64,000 bases of DNA from Acidobacteriota bacterium (GCA_963664705.1 OY761556.1:5824001-5888000), one strand, 5' to 3'; shown: positions 30,896 to 41,099, counted from the first letter of the stretch. Program-made: numbers and translations. Notes: generated from the letters alone by a model not told the origin.

Positions 30896-32179
30896 ATGAC
30901 GACGGACTCAACCAACCCTGGCTTTACATCAGATTACCTTGCTCGTGAGAAGCGCGTTAGTGATGCCTTTGCACTGAAAAAACCCGACCGCGTGCCGGTC
31001 GTGCCGTTGATTATTCATTTCTATCCAAACCGAGTTACGGGAGTCAGCAACAAGGAAGCCATGTACGACCCTGCCAAGGCCCACGCGGCCAGAAAGGAGG
31101 TTACGGTCCGCCACAATTGGGATGGCACCACCGCTGGTGAACTTTTTCCGGGCAAAATACTTGAGCTTTTGGGCGACAAACAGCTTGCCTGGCCCGGAGG
31201 CACCCTTGCGGACCATCTTCCCTTTCAATTTGTCGAAGGGGAGTACATGAAACCGAATGAATATGATGAGATGCTTGCCGATCCCAATATATTTGCTTTA
31301 ACAAAACTATTGCCCCAGGTATCAACGACGCTGGTACCTCTTCTGGATCTCGCACAGACGCTTAAAATGATTCCCCTTATTACTCAGATCAATGGTCAAG
31401 GGCTTCCTTTCCTGGCAGGAATGCTTTGTGCCCAACCACCGGTCTTGGATGCACTTGAGAAACTTGTCGCGGTTGGCAAAGAATTTGGAAAAGTAATGCA
31501 CGCCAATAGATCCTATGCGCAGGAAATGGCCCAACTCGGGTTCCCTCTGCTGTGGTCTGCCGTCACGTACTGCGCCTACGACATGGTTTCTGATTATCTG
31601 AGAGGCATGAAAGGCTCCATGCTCGACATGTTTAGAGCGCCCGATAAATTGCTTAAAGCCGTTGAGGCCATTATTCCACTGACAATTCAAAGTTCTATCG
31701 CCCAAGCCCAAATGAGCGGCAATAAAAGGGTCTTCATCCCGCTGCACCGTGGGGCCGGCGGCTTCATGAATGATAAGCAGTTCGAAAAATTCTATTGGCC
31801 TGGCCTAAAGGCGCTCCTTCTGGGTCTGGTCAACGCAGGTCTCACTCCTATTCCTTTCTTTGAAGGCAACTACACACCGCGAGTGAAATTTTTGAAAGAA
31901 CTTCCTCCAGGAAAAGTTGTCGGCAAATTCGACATTATGGACCGCAAGCTCTTTAAGAAGGAATTAGCCGATGTCATGTGTTTCTGGGGCAATGTCCCCT
32001 CTTCCGTGCTCTGTACGGGTACGCCGGAGCAGGTGAAGGCTGATGTGAAGGAATTGATCGACCTCTTCAAAGATACGGGCGGCCTGATCATAGATGCCAC
32101 GAATGGAGTGCCTGACGAGGCTCGTCCCGAGAATGTTCAGGCGATGACGGACGCGGTCATGGAATACGGCGCCTACTAA
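30896..32179 (+). CDS. Uroporphyrinogen decarboxylase / MtaA-CmuA methyltransferase family protein
   Basis: KKPDRVPV, LRGMKGSMLDM, FIPLHRG, QFEKFYWP, CFWGNVP..GTPEQVK. Confidence 0.85.
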   Translation: MTTDSTNPGFTSDYLAREKRVSDAFALKKPDRVPVVPLIIHFYPNRVTGVSNKEAMYDPAKAHAARKEVTVRHNWDGTTAGELFPGKILELLGDKQLAWPGGTLADHLPFQFVEGEYMKPNEYDEMLADPNIFALTKLLPQVSTTLVPLLDLAQTLKMIPLITQINGQGLPFLAGMLCAQPPVLDALEKLVAVGKEFGKVMHANRSYAQEMAQLGFPLLWSAVTYCAYDMVSDYLRGMKGSMLDMFRAPDKLLKAVEAIIPLTIQSSIAQAQMSGNKRVFIPLHRGAGGFMNDKQFEKFYWPGLKALLLGLVNAGLTPIPFFEGNYTPRVKFLKELPPGKVVGKFDIMDRKLFKKELADVMCFWGNVPSSVLCTGTPEQVKADVKELIDLFKDTGGLIIDATNGVPDEARPENVQAMTDAVMEYGAY

Positions 32180-32211
32180 GAAGATAAGAAATATTTGCCT
32201 TATCGGTTTCG

Positions 32212-32462
32212 ACTTATCCTGCGAAATGTTGTTGGCCGCATCGAGGCTGGCGAAGGCATTAGGCTCGTACCAGACTGTGAATCAACTGCTCCGAGAGCGG
32301 CGCGCTGTTACACCGGAGATGGCTATTCGACTTGCTCGCTCGTTTGGCAACACGCCTGAGTTCTGGCTCAAAGCTCAGCGAGCAGTCGACCTCCGGGACG
32401 CCGAGGGAATTCTCAAGAAAAGCATCCATCATCTAACCGTTATCTTTCCGAAAGCAACGTAA
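32212..32462 (+). pseudogene. higA: HigA-family antitoxin remnant
   Basis: RRAVTPEMAIRLARSFGNTPEFWL. A frameshifted remnant of THPGEML lies upstream, the helix region is shortened, and there is no higB. Confidence 0.7.
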
Positions 32463-32621
32463 GAAATACGGTTCCAGGTCCAAGGCTTTCCAGTTTTTCG
32501 TCCATCTCTTAGGTGGATCGGCCATGGTTCAGCCATCAACAGGAGCCGGTTTACGACGCCACAATTCCTGTTCGGGAAATGCGGAGATAATAGTAAAGTG
32601 AAGATACTTCAAAGGGGGACT

Positions 32622-33827
32622 ATGTCGCGCTGTGCCATTGTCGGCTTCACTCTGCTGGTCCTGACATTGACAGGATGCGGCTTTTTTCCCCGCCGCGAGG
32701 CGGCGGCCGTGCATCCCGAACGCCGGGAGCTTGTAGAGTATGTGGTTGCTAGCGGGCAACTGCGGTCGGTACGCCAGAGCGATATCGGCGCTGAAACCGC
32801 GGGCACGGTTGACCGTGTGCTTGCCGATGAAGGAGACCGTGTCCGTGCCGGCCAGATCCTGATCGTGCTGCGCCAGGGCGAGATGGCGCGACAGGTCGAG
32901 CAGGCCAGGCTTGCGCTGGAAACAACCCGCCGGCAGCTGGAGCAGGTTCGTCGGGGAGCCCTTCCCGATGAAATCAGTCGCGAGCGTGCGGAATTGGATC
33001 GAAGGCGCAGCGCGCGCGAACTGGAAGAACAGAATCTCGAGCGTGCCAGCAAGTTGTTTGAGAAAAACCTGGTGGCAAAGGCGGATTTGGACCGCGCACG
33101 AAGCTCTCTTGATCAAGCGCGTGCCTCGGAACAGTCCGGCCAGCACAACCTGCAGGTCCTGCTGGCCCAGCCGAGACCCGAGGATCTTGCTGTCGCCGAA
33201 GCCCGTGTCCGGGAATCCGAGGCCATGCTCAGAGTCTATCAGGAACAGCTTCAAAAGAGGATCATCCCTTCCCCCTCGGATGCGTTGATATTGAAACGAA
33301 AGGTCGAGCCGGGACAGAGCGTCATCCCGGGAAACTCCCTCATGGTGCTGTCCATCACTGACAAATCCGAAGTGTATGTGGAAACGGACGAGAATAATCT
33401 CCGCAAACTGCGTGTCGGGCAGAAAGCAATCGTCGTTGCCCCTTCCTTTCCGGACAGGCCTTTTCAGGCTGTCCTGACCCAGATTGAGCCTCAGGTCGAT
33501 TACGCGAGAGGCGTAGTTGGCCTGCGGTTTCGCCCGGAATCTCTGCCCGATTTTGCGCGTGTGGATATGACGCTGGATGTCAGTATTGAAGTAGCCCGGA
33601 TCCGGGACGCGCTAACCCTCCCGGCCACGGCAGTGCTTCAACAGGACGGAAAGGCTTCCGTGCTGAAATTCCGCAATGATAGTCTGGAGGCGACTCCAGT
33701 GCACCTCATCGGAAAAGGCTCCGAACGTGTCGCGGTTTCAGGCCTGGCCGAAGGCGATCTGGTGGCGCTCCGGGCTGTGGAAGTCAAAGCAGGAGATTCG
33801 GTCCGGCCCAAGGAGAACCCGCAATAA
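32622..33827 (+). CDS. Efflux periplasmic adaptor (HlyD/MacA) lipoprotein
   Basis: Lipobox LTGC, ADEGDRVRAGQ, long coiled coil, VEPGQSVIPG. Confidence 0.9.
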   Translation: MSRCAIVGFTLLVLTLTGCGFFPRREAAAVHPERRELVEYVVASGQLRSVRQSDIGAETAGTVDRVLADEGDRVRAGQILIVLRQGEMARQVEQARLALETTRRQLEQVRRGALPDEISRERAELDRRRSARELEEQNLERASKLFEKNLVAKADLDRARSSLDQARASEQSGQHNLQVLLAQPRPEDLAVAEARVRESEAMLRVYQEQLQKRIIPSPSDALILKRKVEPGQSVIPGNSLMVLSITDKSEVYVETDENNLRKLRVGQKAIVVAPSFPDRPFQAVLTQIEPQVDYARGVVGLRFRPESLPDFARVDMTLDVSIEVARIRDALTLPATAVLQQDGKASVLKFRNDSLEATPVHLIGKGSERVAVSGLAEGDLVALRAVEVKAGDSVRPKENPQ

Positions 33828-33828
33828 T

Positions 33829-35085
33829 ATGCTCGATTTTTTCACTCTGTCCTTTGCGGAACGCAATCTTCGCTACAATTTTCGTCAAAGTCTTCTCACG
33901 GTCAGCATTGTTACAATCAGCGTGACGCTTATCATTTTTCTTACGGCACTAATTTCGGGTCTGCAGCGACGGCTCGTCTCCGATGTGACGGATGCGGTCG
34001 CCCACATTGTAGTCCGGCCGGCCGAAAGGCTGCCGATTGCAGCATGGAAGCTCGGACCGAGCGATGAGAAAAATTCAATCTCTGTCGGGGAGACTGTCCG
34101 GCTCGAGCAGCGCAAGAGAAAGATCGAAGACTGGCAGATCTGGGCTCCAAAGCTTGAAAATTTCGATCCCAGGGTGCTTGCAGTTTCTCCGGTGGCGGAA
34201 GGACAGGGAATTCTTTCGCGAGGCGAGAAGCGCCAGGGAGTGCTGATTTCCGGAGGCATTCCCGAAAAATATAATCGTGTAGTAGAGCTTCAGTCCAAGC
34301 TGGTGAAGGGGAGATTTTTCGGGCTCAACGCAGGGGAACTTGTACTCGGGTGGAAACTGGCCGAGGACTTTGCGGTCCAGATCGGCGACCGAGTCCGGCT
34401 GGTCAGTTCCGACGACAATTCCGGTTCCTACGTGGTTGCCGGAATTTTCGACTCGGGATTCTCCGGGCTGGACGGCAACACGGTTATCCTTGCGCTGCGC
34501 GACGCACAGTCGCTTTTCGGTCTGGGAAATGCCGTGACCAGCATCGGCCTGAAGATCGGGAATGTTTTTCAGGCAGAGGACATCGCATCTAAAATTGCTC
34601 TGCAGGTGCCATACGAAGCGCGTCCGTGGACGCTGGATAATAAATCTCTGCTGTCCGGCCTAAACGCTCAAAGCCAATCGTCTTACCTGATTATCGCCTT
34701 CACTGTGGTGGCATCCGGTATGGCGGTTGCCGCCATTCTGGTCATGATGGTAATAGGAAAAATGCGCGAGCTGGGAATATTAAAGGCTATGGGTGCTACC
34801 CGCAGGCAGATCCTGGGCGTATTCGCGATTCAGGGTACACTCCTGGCCTTGACCGGTGGAGTGTTTGGATCGGTAATTGGCACAGGCTTCTGCCTTTTCC
34901 TGGGAAAATTTACGAATACGGCTAGCGCCACCGGAAGACAGGTGCAGCTTTTCCCGATGGAGCTGAGCGCCGGTACGGTTCTGGGGGCGATTGGGCTGGC
35001 CGCTGTGACCGGTCTTGCAGCATCTCTCCTGCCGGCATGGCGCGCGGCACGGATCAATCCGATCGAAGTGATACGGCCATCATGA
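33829..35085 (+). CDS. ABC permease (MacB/LolE/FtsX-like)
   Basis: RELGILKAMGATRRQI, LPAWRAARINPIEVIR. Confidence 0.9.
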   Translation: MLDFFTLSFAERNLRYNFRQSLLTVSIVTISVTLIIFLTALISGLQRRLVSDVTDAVAHIVVRPAERLPIAAWKLGPSDEKNSISVGETVRLEQRKRKIEDWQIWAPKLENFDPRVLAVSPVAEGQGILSRGEKRQGVLISGGIPEKYNRVVELQSKLVKGRFFGLNAGELVLGWKLAEDFAVQIGDRVRLVSSDDNSGSYVVAGIFDSGFSGLDGNTVILALRDAQSLFGLGNAVTSIGLKIGNVFQAEDIASKIALQVPYEARPWTLDNKSLLSGLNAQSQSSYLIIAFTVVASGMAVAAILVMMVIGKMRELGILKAMGATRRQILGVFAIQGTLLALTGGVFGSVIGTGFCLFLGKFTNTASATGRQVQLFPMELSAGTVLGAIGLAAVTGLAASLLPAWRAARINPIEVIRPS

Positions 35086-35759
35086 TGGAATCTTCCCCGA
35101 TCGAGCTTCATGGTATTTACAAAACCTATTATGGAGAAGTTCCCACTCCGGTCTTGTTCGATATCAATCTGCAGGTGCGCGCGGGCGAGTTCGTGGCCAT
35201 CGTCGGCGCTTCCGGTTCGGGGAAAACGACACTGCTGAACATCATCGGGCTGCTTGATTCTCCAACTTCCGGGGAAATCCGGCTGGGTGGCCGTGACGTG
35301 TCGAAGATGACGGAAACCGAGCGATCGCTGCTTCGCCGCGATTACCTTGGATTCATTTTCCAGTTTCATTATCTTCTGCTTGAATTCAATGTGCTCGAAA
35401 ATGCGTTGATGCCATGCAGGCTGCGCGGGAGAAGCTACAGGGACTTGCGCAGATCCTATATGTCGGATCTGCTGACGCGCGTTGGTCTGGGCCAACGTCT
35501 GAAATACCGGCCTTCGCAGCTTTCAGGCGGCCAGCAGCAAAGAGTTGCCATTGTGCGGGCCATGGCCAATGATCCCGTTATCATACTGGCCGATGAGCCC
35601 ACGGGAAACCTGGACAGCAAAAATGGCAGCGAAGTTTTTTCTCTCATGCGCGAGCTGAATCGGCTGACCGGAAAGGCCTTCCTGGTGGTTACGCACGATG
35701 AGCATTTTGCAGGCGAAGCTGACCGGATTGTACGCCTCCGAGACGGGCGAATAGAATAG
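35082..35759 (+). CDS. ABC ATP-binding protein (LolD/MacB-like)
   Basis: GASGSGKT, LSGGQQQR, ILADEPTGNLD. Confidence 0.92.
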   Translation: MMESSPIELHGIYKTYYGEVPTPVLFDINLQVRAGEFVAIVGASGSGKTTLLNIIGLLDSPTSGEIRLGGRDVSKMTETERSLLRRDYLGFIFQFHYLLLEFNVLENALMPCRLRGRSYRDLRRSYMSDLLTRVGLGQRLKYRPSQLSGGQQQRVAIVRAMANDPVIILADEPTGNLDSKNGSEVFSLMRELNRLTGKAFLVVTHDEHFAGEADRIVRLRDGRIE

Positions 35760-35884
35760 TGACAATGGATGCAGATTCCCTGGGTTTGAGTCCCAAGGAG
35801 AAGAAATGAATCAAAGAATCTGCGGACAAGAGCCGTATAAAAAAGATGGCCACTCCTCTCGGGTTTCAGGTGCCGGCATCCGCA

Positions 35885-36667
35885 TCACTTGCGCTGCCAC
35901 TGCTCCTCGCCAGGCAGGCAGTACCGAGTCAGAGCGGCTGACCAGGGACGTCCACCAATTGCCAGGGCCTGTTTCTCCTTCAGGCTCAACATAAGCCGCT
36001 CTAATTTCTTTCGGTTTTTCCCATCGACGTACAGCAGATAAGTCTCGTATCCGATGAAGGTCCTCGTGGAGGCATCGGTCAGGTCAGGCCATCCTTTGGG
36101 CCAGGGCAGTGGTTTCCCATCGGATTCTACGGATGGGAAGATCCGAACCTCTACACGGAGCGGCTCCCAAACCTTGGAGCCCGTGGGTGCAAACGACACC
36201 ATACGATCGAATAGCTCGACAAATGTTTTTGGAGCTCTCGCCCGATCCTTGTTCTCACGCATCGGGCCGCTCACGGCTATTCTCCGTATGTCTCCATCAT
36301 GTCGGTATTTGATGACGCTAATCGGTTGCTCTAACCTCATATTGAGAGAATAGGATTCACTAAGATCCCAAAACCCGCTTTGTTCGATCAAGCCGATCCA
36401 CTCCTCAATTTCTACTCTCGTCAGCCGGCTTGAGCGCACCTCTGTTGAGTTCCGTGCCGTCCGGAAGAGCACAAGCCCGTCGTCGTATAATACAAAGGTC
36501 GGCAGGATGATGTTCTCCTGCCAGAATCTACTTTGAGGAAGCTCTCGCTGGGGACTCGCCTCCTGCAAGACCAGCAGTGGCGTACCGGCAAGAAGCCCCA
36601 GGGGCATCAGCCACAGCATGGTTCCAACGACGGCCATCGATGCGACTCTCTTTTTGGGCGTATGCAT
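35885..36667 (-). CDS. Hypothetical secreted protein
   Basis: 260-aa ORF with a hydrophobic leader; PTFVLYDDGLV. Confidence 0.65.
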   Translation of the reverse strand: MHTPKKRVASMAVVGTMLWLMPLGLLAGTPLLVLQEASPQRELPQSRFWQENIILPTFVLYDDGLVLFRTARNSTEVRSSRLTRVEIEEWIGLIEQSGFWDLSESYSLNMRLEQPISVIKYRHDGDIRRIAVSGPMRENKDRARAPKTFVELFDRMVSFAPTGSKVWEPLRVEVRIFPSVESDGKPLPWPKGWPDLTDASTRTFIGYETYLLYVDGKNRKKLERLMLSLKEKQALAIGGRPWSAALTRYCLPGEEQWQRK

Positions 36668-36781
36668 ACCAACTTCTCCGATCAGTGCGTTTTACGTCCA
36701 ACTGGCAGGTAGCCGATCAGCCTACAAAAGGCTGCAAATGTGCAGCGGGAATAAAAAAAGGAAATACCGGACATCGCATCA

Positions 36782-37333
36782 TTATGAGGCGACGCCCTGT
36801 TTGTTTTGCGCAGGCTCAATGCTGCCCTTTTTTCTGATAGGCCGCCATAGCTCCATTTCAGCGTTGGTAGAGATGTTCGGGTAAACTTCGTATTCACCTA
36901 TCGCGGCCTCCCAGTCTTGTGATTCTTTTATCCATTGCTCCAAACGCGTGTATGCGATGCCGATTGTTGCTCCTGCATCAGGAGAGGTGACCTTGATGCA
37001 GGCATAATCCCCTGCTGGTATTGAATAGCATTTCGTTGATTCAGGCATCCTGCTTTCGTCAGCCGGTCCATATATCTGAACACCTGTGATATAGGTAAAT
37101 TCGATGATATTGTCGTAATAAATATGTCCAATACATAATCCGAAACGTATGACGGGTTCTTTTTTGTTTCCTATTTTTGATGAGATATCTTCCGCGTTGA
37201 ATTTGGCGATTAACGCATTGATAGCCGGGAAGCATTCGGGGGTGCCATGCTTGACTCTCACCTCCCGGCCTGCGATATAAACAGGCATGTCCAGCTTCAT
37301 TCGCTCGATATCATAAACCGTTTTGTTATCCAA
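36782..37333 (-). CDS. GyrI-like/Cass2 small-molecule-binding protein
   Basis: IPAGDYA, AY..LEQWIKES, YEVY, ELWRPI; TTG start with GGGAG RBS. Confidence 0.75.
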   Translation of the reverse strand: MDNKTVYDIERMKLDMPVYIAGREVRVKHGTPECFPAINALIAKFNAEDISSKIGNKKEPVIRFGLCIGHIYYDNIIEFTYITGVQIYGPADESRMPESTKCYSIPAGDYACIKVTSPDAGATIGIAYTRLEQWIKESQDWEAAIGEYEVYPNISTNAEMELWRPIRKKGSIEPAQNKQGVAS

Positions 37334-37570
37334 TATTCAGTCTCCCTGCGAATTTCGTTATATTCACGTCCTGAGAATTCATAAGCTAACATATAGCTCA
37401 CTTTTTGGCATTCGGATGAGTTGCGCCAGGCACAGGACCTGTATCCGCGCTTCAAATACATGCCGAAGGCCGGAAGGGAAGAGTCTAGTTTTACGATCCG
37501 ATAGGTTCGGAAAACTGGACGCTCCAACTGCTGCATAATTACCGAACCATAGCCTTTGCCCTGGTAGGTA
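37297..37570 (-). pseudogene. GNAT acetyltransferase C-terminal remnant
   Basis: Reads TYQGKGYGSVIMQQLE..LDSSLPAFGMYLKRGY (acetyl-CoA motif A and B). The 5' half is absent. Confidence 0.65.
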
Positions 37571-37588
37571 GTATAATAGAGATGCTAA

Positions 37589-37626
37589 CCGCATATTCTG
37601 AGAACGCCCGCATATTCTGAGAACGC
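37589..37626. repeat. Perfect 19-bp tandem duplication
   Basis: CCGCATATTCTGAGAACGC x2. Confidence 0.9.
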
Positions 37627-37653
37627 GTCCCCATTATCAAAAAGGAGGACGTT

Positions 37654-38367
37654 ATGAAACAATTTCAAAGCCTATTGATACGTATTGTCCATTCCGTTTT
37701 TCTGGCCGGGATTACTTTGCCGCTTTTCCTCGTTTCTTTTTTACTTCAAACAGGTTTTGCGGAATCAAAACCCGCTGCGGTCAATGATTCTCCGAAGGAA
37801 ATGAGTTCTTCCGCAGTACTTCCTGAACCTGTGTCAACAAACGGGCCCTGCAAAAAGGCGCCAGCGCATTGCAGCTCGCTTTGCGAAGAAAATCTCTTGG
37901 CTCAAGCTCAAGCCGCAGAGCTTGACAAATCCTCCCAAAAAGCTCGTAAAGAAGCAGATAAAGCTGCAAAAAAAGCAGCATCTATGGAAAAAAAGGTAAA
38001 CAAGAACCTCGGGAAAAAGGATTCATCAACAAATGCGAGCAACTCTGGAGTTGCAAATCCTGAGGACAAACCCATCTGGAAAGTGGCCGGAGCGATTCCG
38101 CGACTGTTTGTCTCTCACGAAGCCAGAACTCGCGCGAATGAGCAGGAAAAACAAGCCAGAAAATCTGGTGTGAATTCGAGTCCCGGGCATGTAAGTCAAG
38201 AGCCCTGGGCATTGCTGCTGATGGCGGCTAAAACGGCGGAGGATACACAAAAGGTTGCGGCTGATGCCAAGACCTGGGCTGACCAGGCACGCGCCTATGC
38301 CGACAACTTGCGGCAATCCTATAAACGCTGCTTGAGTGAAGGGGAGTCCCAATCCAACTCTCGATGA
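37654..38367 (+). CDS. Hypothetical exported, Ala/Lys-rich coiled-coil protein
   Basis: AGGAGG RBS, N-terminal hydrophobic segment, 4 Cys. Confidence 0.65.
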   Translation: MKQFQSLLIRIVHSVFLAGITLPLFLVSFLLQTGFAESKPAAVNDSPKEMSSSAVLPEPVSTNGPCKKAPAHCSSLCEENLLAQAQAAELDKSSQKARKEADKAAKKAASMEKKVNKNLGKKDSSTNASNSGVANPEDKPIWKVAGAIPRLFVSHEARTRANEQEKQARKSGVNSSPGHVSQEPWALLLMAAKTAEDTQKVAADAKTWADQARAYADNLRQSYKRCLSEGESQSNSR

Positions 38368-38390
38368 TGAAAAGGGCGACATCCCCATTT

Positions 38391-39233
38391 TCACCTGGAG
38401 GCGGCAAGTGTAGAAGGAAATATCCAAAACAGGATACCGACACGACCTTCCTGTTCTGCTTCGTCAGTGAAAACTTTAATATTGAAGCCCGTGATCTTTT
38501 TAAGTCGGTCAGCCTCATGCTTGAGGTCCTCAGGCATGAAGAGAAGATTAGGTCTTATAGAGCCTTTGGCGAGTTCTGTTTTCAGCCATTCCTGCTGGGT
38601 TTGATCGCCTCCTACGAAGGCCACATACGAAATAAAATGATAATACCCCGGGTCAATGGTGACAGATAGAGACATCGTTCTTTGCTGTTCATCAAAAACT
38701 TGCTCTGGAAGGCACGACACCTGAAGGTACCCACTGTTCTCATATATCTGCTTGACCTTATCGAGACCCGACTTAATTTTGTTAAGATTCACAATGTCTC
38801 CTGGGCGAATGTCGAACGCATTTGCCAGATTTACCGCCCTGAATGGTCCATCGGGAAGAACTTTTATATTCAGACTATTACCTTTAAAAGCGAGAGATCC
38901 AAGACGATATTGCGGCCCCTCTGATACGGCTATGTGCAGGTCAACAACTTGTGCGGTACGGGGGATCTCTTTGAATGTGACAATGCAATGAAGGAACCCG
39001 TGTTCTTTCAGAAACCCCTTTAGGTTCACCTCAATATCCCACTCAATTATCGCTGTGGTAAGGCTCATACCCTCCCGAACCCTTTTTAATTGTGCTTTTA
39101 GAATTTGCGAATCAAAGACTTTATTCCCAATAATCTCTATCGAGTTTACTCTGCTTGCCGTTAGGTCCTGAGCGAGTGAGGGGTGCCCAAACGTAAGCGC
39201 AAACAGGACTGTTGCTTTTAGTAAGTTCCGCAT
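38391..39233 (-). CDS. POTRA-domain protein without beta-barrel
   Basis: Signal peptide; IEIIGN..F, VSEGPQYRLG..FKGN, YENSGY, IDPG; GGAGG RBS. Confidence 0.7.
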   Translation of the reverse strand: MRNLLKATVLFALTFGHPSLAQDLTASRVNSIEIIGNKVFDSQILKAQLKRVREGMSLTTAIIEWDIEVNLKGFLKEHGFLHCIVTFKEIPRTAQVVDLHIAVSEGPQYRLGSLAFKGNSLNIKVLPDGPFRAVNLANAFDIRPGDIVNLNKIKSGLDKVKQIYENSGYLQVSCLPEQVFDEQQRTMSLSVTIDPGYYHFISYVAFVGGDQTQQEWLKTELAKGSIRPNLLFMPEDLKHEADRLKKITGFNIKVFTDEAEQEGRVGILFWIFPSTLAASR

Positions 39234-39494
39234 AATCCGCCTCCAAATGGGGGTTAATTTGATATTAATACGACAGACCGAGCGTACTAGATGCAAGAAA
39301 GTTCGATCCTGGAAATGCAGATAGACGGTAGAATTCACGATTGATGGAGGGAATTGCCACGAAAACAAACGCTAGTAACAAAAAGTTTAGGCAGCGTCAA
39401 TATTCACTCTCATCTTAGACCTGCTTCATCAATAAGTTCCTGGAGTGAAAGGCGCACGAATTGCTCCGGTGTAATTGTCCTTCAAATGGCCTTG

Positions 39495-39522
39495 GGGGAA
39501 GTACGCGCTCCAGTTAAATCTA
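39495..39522 (-). repeat. Degenerate array-site copy in opposite orientation
   Basis: Minus strand reads TAGATTTAAC-TGGAGCGC-GTACTTCCCC then ...GAAGGACAATTACACCGGA, 26 bp after the cobQ stop. Confidence 0.45.
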
Positions 39523-39548
39523 TGCTCGACGCCGGCTGGGGTCTATGA

Positions 39549-41099
39549 CTAACCCTTAGGCAGGAGCGCCGGAGTTCCTAAAGCAATTTCCAACAGTTTC
39601 GGCATATTCAGGTGCATCCTGAAATGCTCGGCCAGAAGGTTGTACTGACGCTCTTTGAAAGACGCCTCATCTTCCTGATAGCGGATATCCTGTTCCAGCC
39701 GCAGTTCCGGCTTCAGCGCATTAAGAAATGTCAGCCGGAAATCGGAAAGATCGAAGAGGCCGTGAAAGTAAGAACCCCAGATTGAGCCGTCAATGGAAAA
39801 AGCGCCATCCACATCATGGACAGCCTGGCCGTTCCTGCCGGTCACGCGGAGGACAGGCCGCGAATTATCCATTCCTTCGGTCGTGCCCATATGAATTTCA
39901 TAGCCTTCCACCTTTTTGTTATAGGCTGTCCAGACACCTGTCGAGCGCGAGAGCATCTTTTCCCGCGAGAGCGTTGTCTGTACATTCAGGAAACCAAGCC
40001 CAGGCGTCTCGCCGGGCGCACCTTCCATCCCGTAAGGATCGCGTATCAGGCGACCCAGCATCTGATATCCTCCGCAAATCCCGCCGATTTTACCTTTCCC
40101 AGCGGCGTACGCCTCAATGTGTGCGGTCCAACCGACATTGCGCAGCCATTCAAGATCACTTCGGACGTTCTTGGATCCCGGCAGAAATACGATATCGTAC
40201 CCTTCAAGAGAACGAGGGCGTGCCAGATAATGCAGGGCGACAACATGCTCGCGAGCCAGGGGAGCGAAATCGGTAAAATTAGAAATGTGTGGGGAACGTA
40301 TTACGGCAACATTAATTTTGTCAGGCGAAGGCTTGGATTGAGGATCGATAACAACGTCCAGCGGCATCCCGTCTTCTGAGTCGATTTCGATGTGCCGATA
40401 ATAAGGAATCAATCCCAATACGGGCAGTCCCGTTCGCTTCTCCAGGTATTCGATCCCATCCGCAAAAAGGCGCGCATCGCCACGGAAGCGATTGATCAGA
40501 ATCCCCCGGATGCGTTTTCGATCCTCCGGCGGAATTACCTCCATGGTTCCGACAACCTGGGCGAATACACCGCCTCGATCGATATCCGCGGCCAGAATTA
40601 CGGGAGCATCTGCTGCATGTGCCATCCTGAAATTGACAAAATCGCGATCCCGCAGATTCACCTCCGCGCAAGATCCGGCTCCTTCCATGACAATGAGATC
40701 ATAGTCCGTGCGCAACCGCTCCAGGCTGATCATCGCCTGCTGGAATAAGTAGGAGGTGTCTGAAAAATATGTCGAGGCTTCGCTATTTCCTATCGCCTTT
40801 CCGTGCAGGACCACCTGGGCGCCGGTATCCGTACATGGCTTTAGAAGCACCGGGTTCATATCCACATGGACCGGGATGCGCGCCGCCTCGGCCTGGACCA
40901 CCTGGGCCCTCCCCACTTCTCCGCCCAGCATCGTGACGTAGGAATTGTTGGACATATTTTGGGCTTTGAAAGGCGCGACCCGCATCCCCAGATTGCTGAA
41001 GATCCGGCAGAGCGCGGCGACAATAACGCTCTTGCCCACATCGGATCCCGTTCCCAGAATGGCCAGGCATTTAGCCGCAGGCCCAGGCGTTGATGCCAT
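39549..41099 (-). CDS. cobQ: Cobyric acid synthase
   Basis: GTGSDVGKS, PFKAQNMSNN, EGAGS, DIDRGGVFA, HISNFTDF, GICGGYQMLG, YEIH. Confidence 0.96.
   Translation of the reverse strand: MASTPGPAAKCLAILGTGSDVGKSVIVAALCRIFSNLGMRVAPFKAQNMSNNSYVTMLGGEVGRAQVVQAEAARIPVHVDMNPVLLKPCTDTGAQVVLHGKAIGNSEASTYFSDTSYLFQQAMISLERLRTDYDLIVMEGAGSCAEVNLRDRDFVNFRMAHAADAPVILAADIDRGGVFAQVVGTMEVIPPEDRKRIRGILINRFRGDARLFADGIEYLEKRTGLPVLGLIPYYRHIEIDSEDGMPLDVVIDPQSKPSPDKINVAVIRSPHISNFTDFAPLAREHVVALHYLARPRSLEGYDIVFLPGSKNVRSDLEWLRNVGWTAHIEAYAAGKGKIGGICGGYQMLGRLIRDPYGMEGAPGETPGLGFLNVQTTLSREKMLSRSTGVWTAYNKKVEGYEIHMGTTEGMDNSRPVLRVTGRNGQAVHDVDGAFSIDGSIWGSYFHGLFDLSDFRLTFLNALKPELRLEQDIRYQEDEASFKERQYNLLAEHFRMHLNMPKLLEIALGTPALLPKG

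Noticed and set aside
32560-32600. Minus-strand TTATCTCCGC...CAGGAATTG resembling the array site
   Set aside because: The spacer and left-arm spacing are absent.
39371-39395. attI1-like string CTAGTAACAAAAAGTTTAGGC
   Set aside because: Short, with wrong spacing and no integrase; likely chance.
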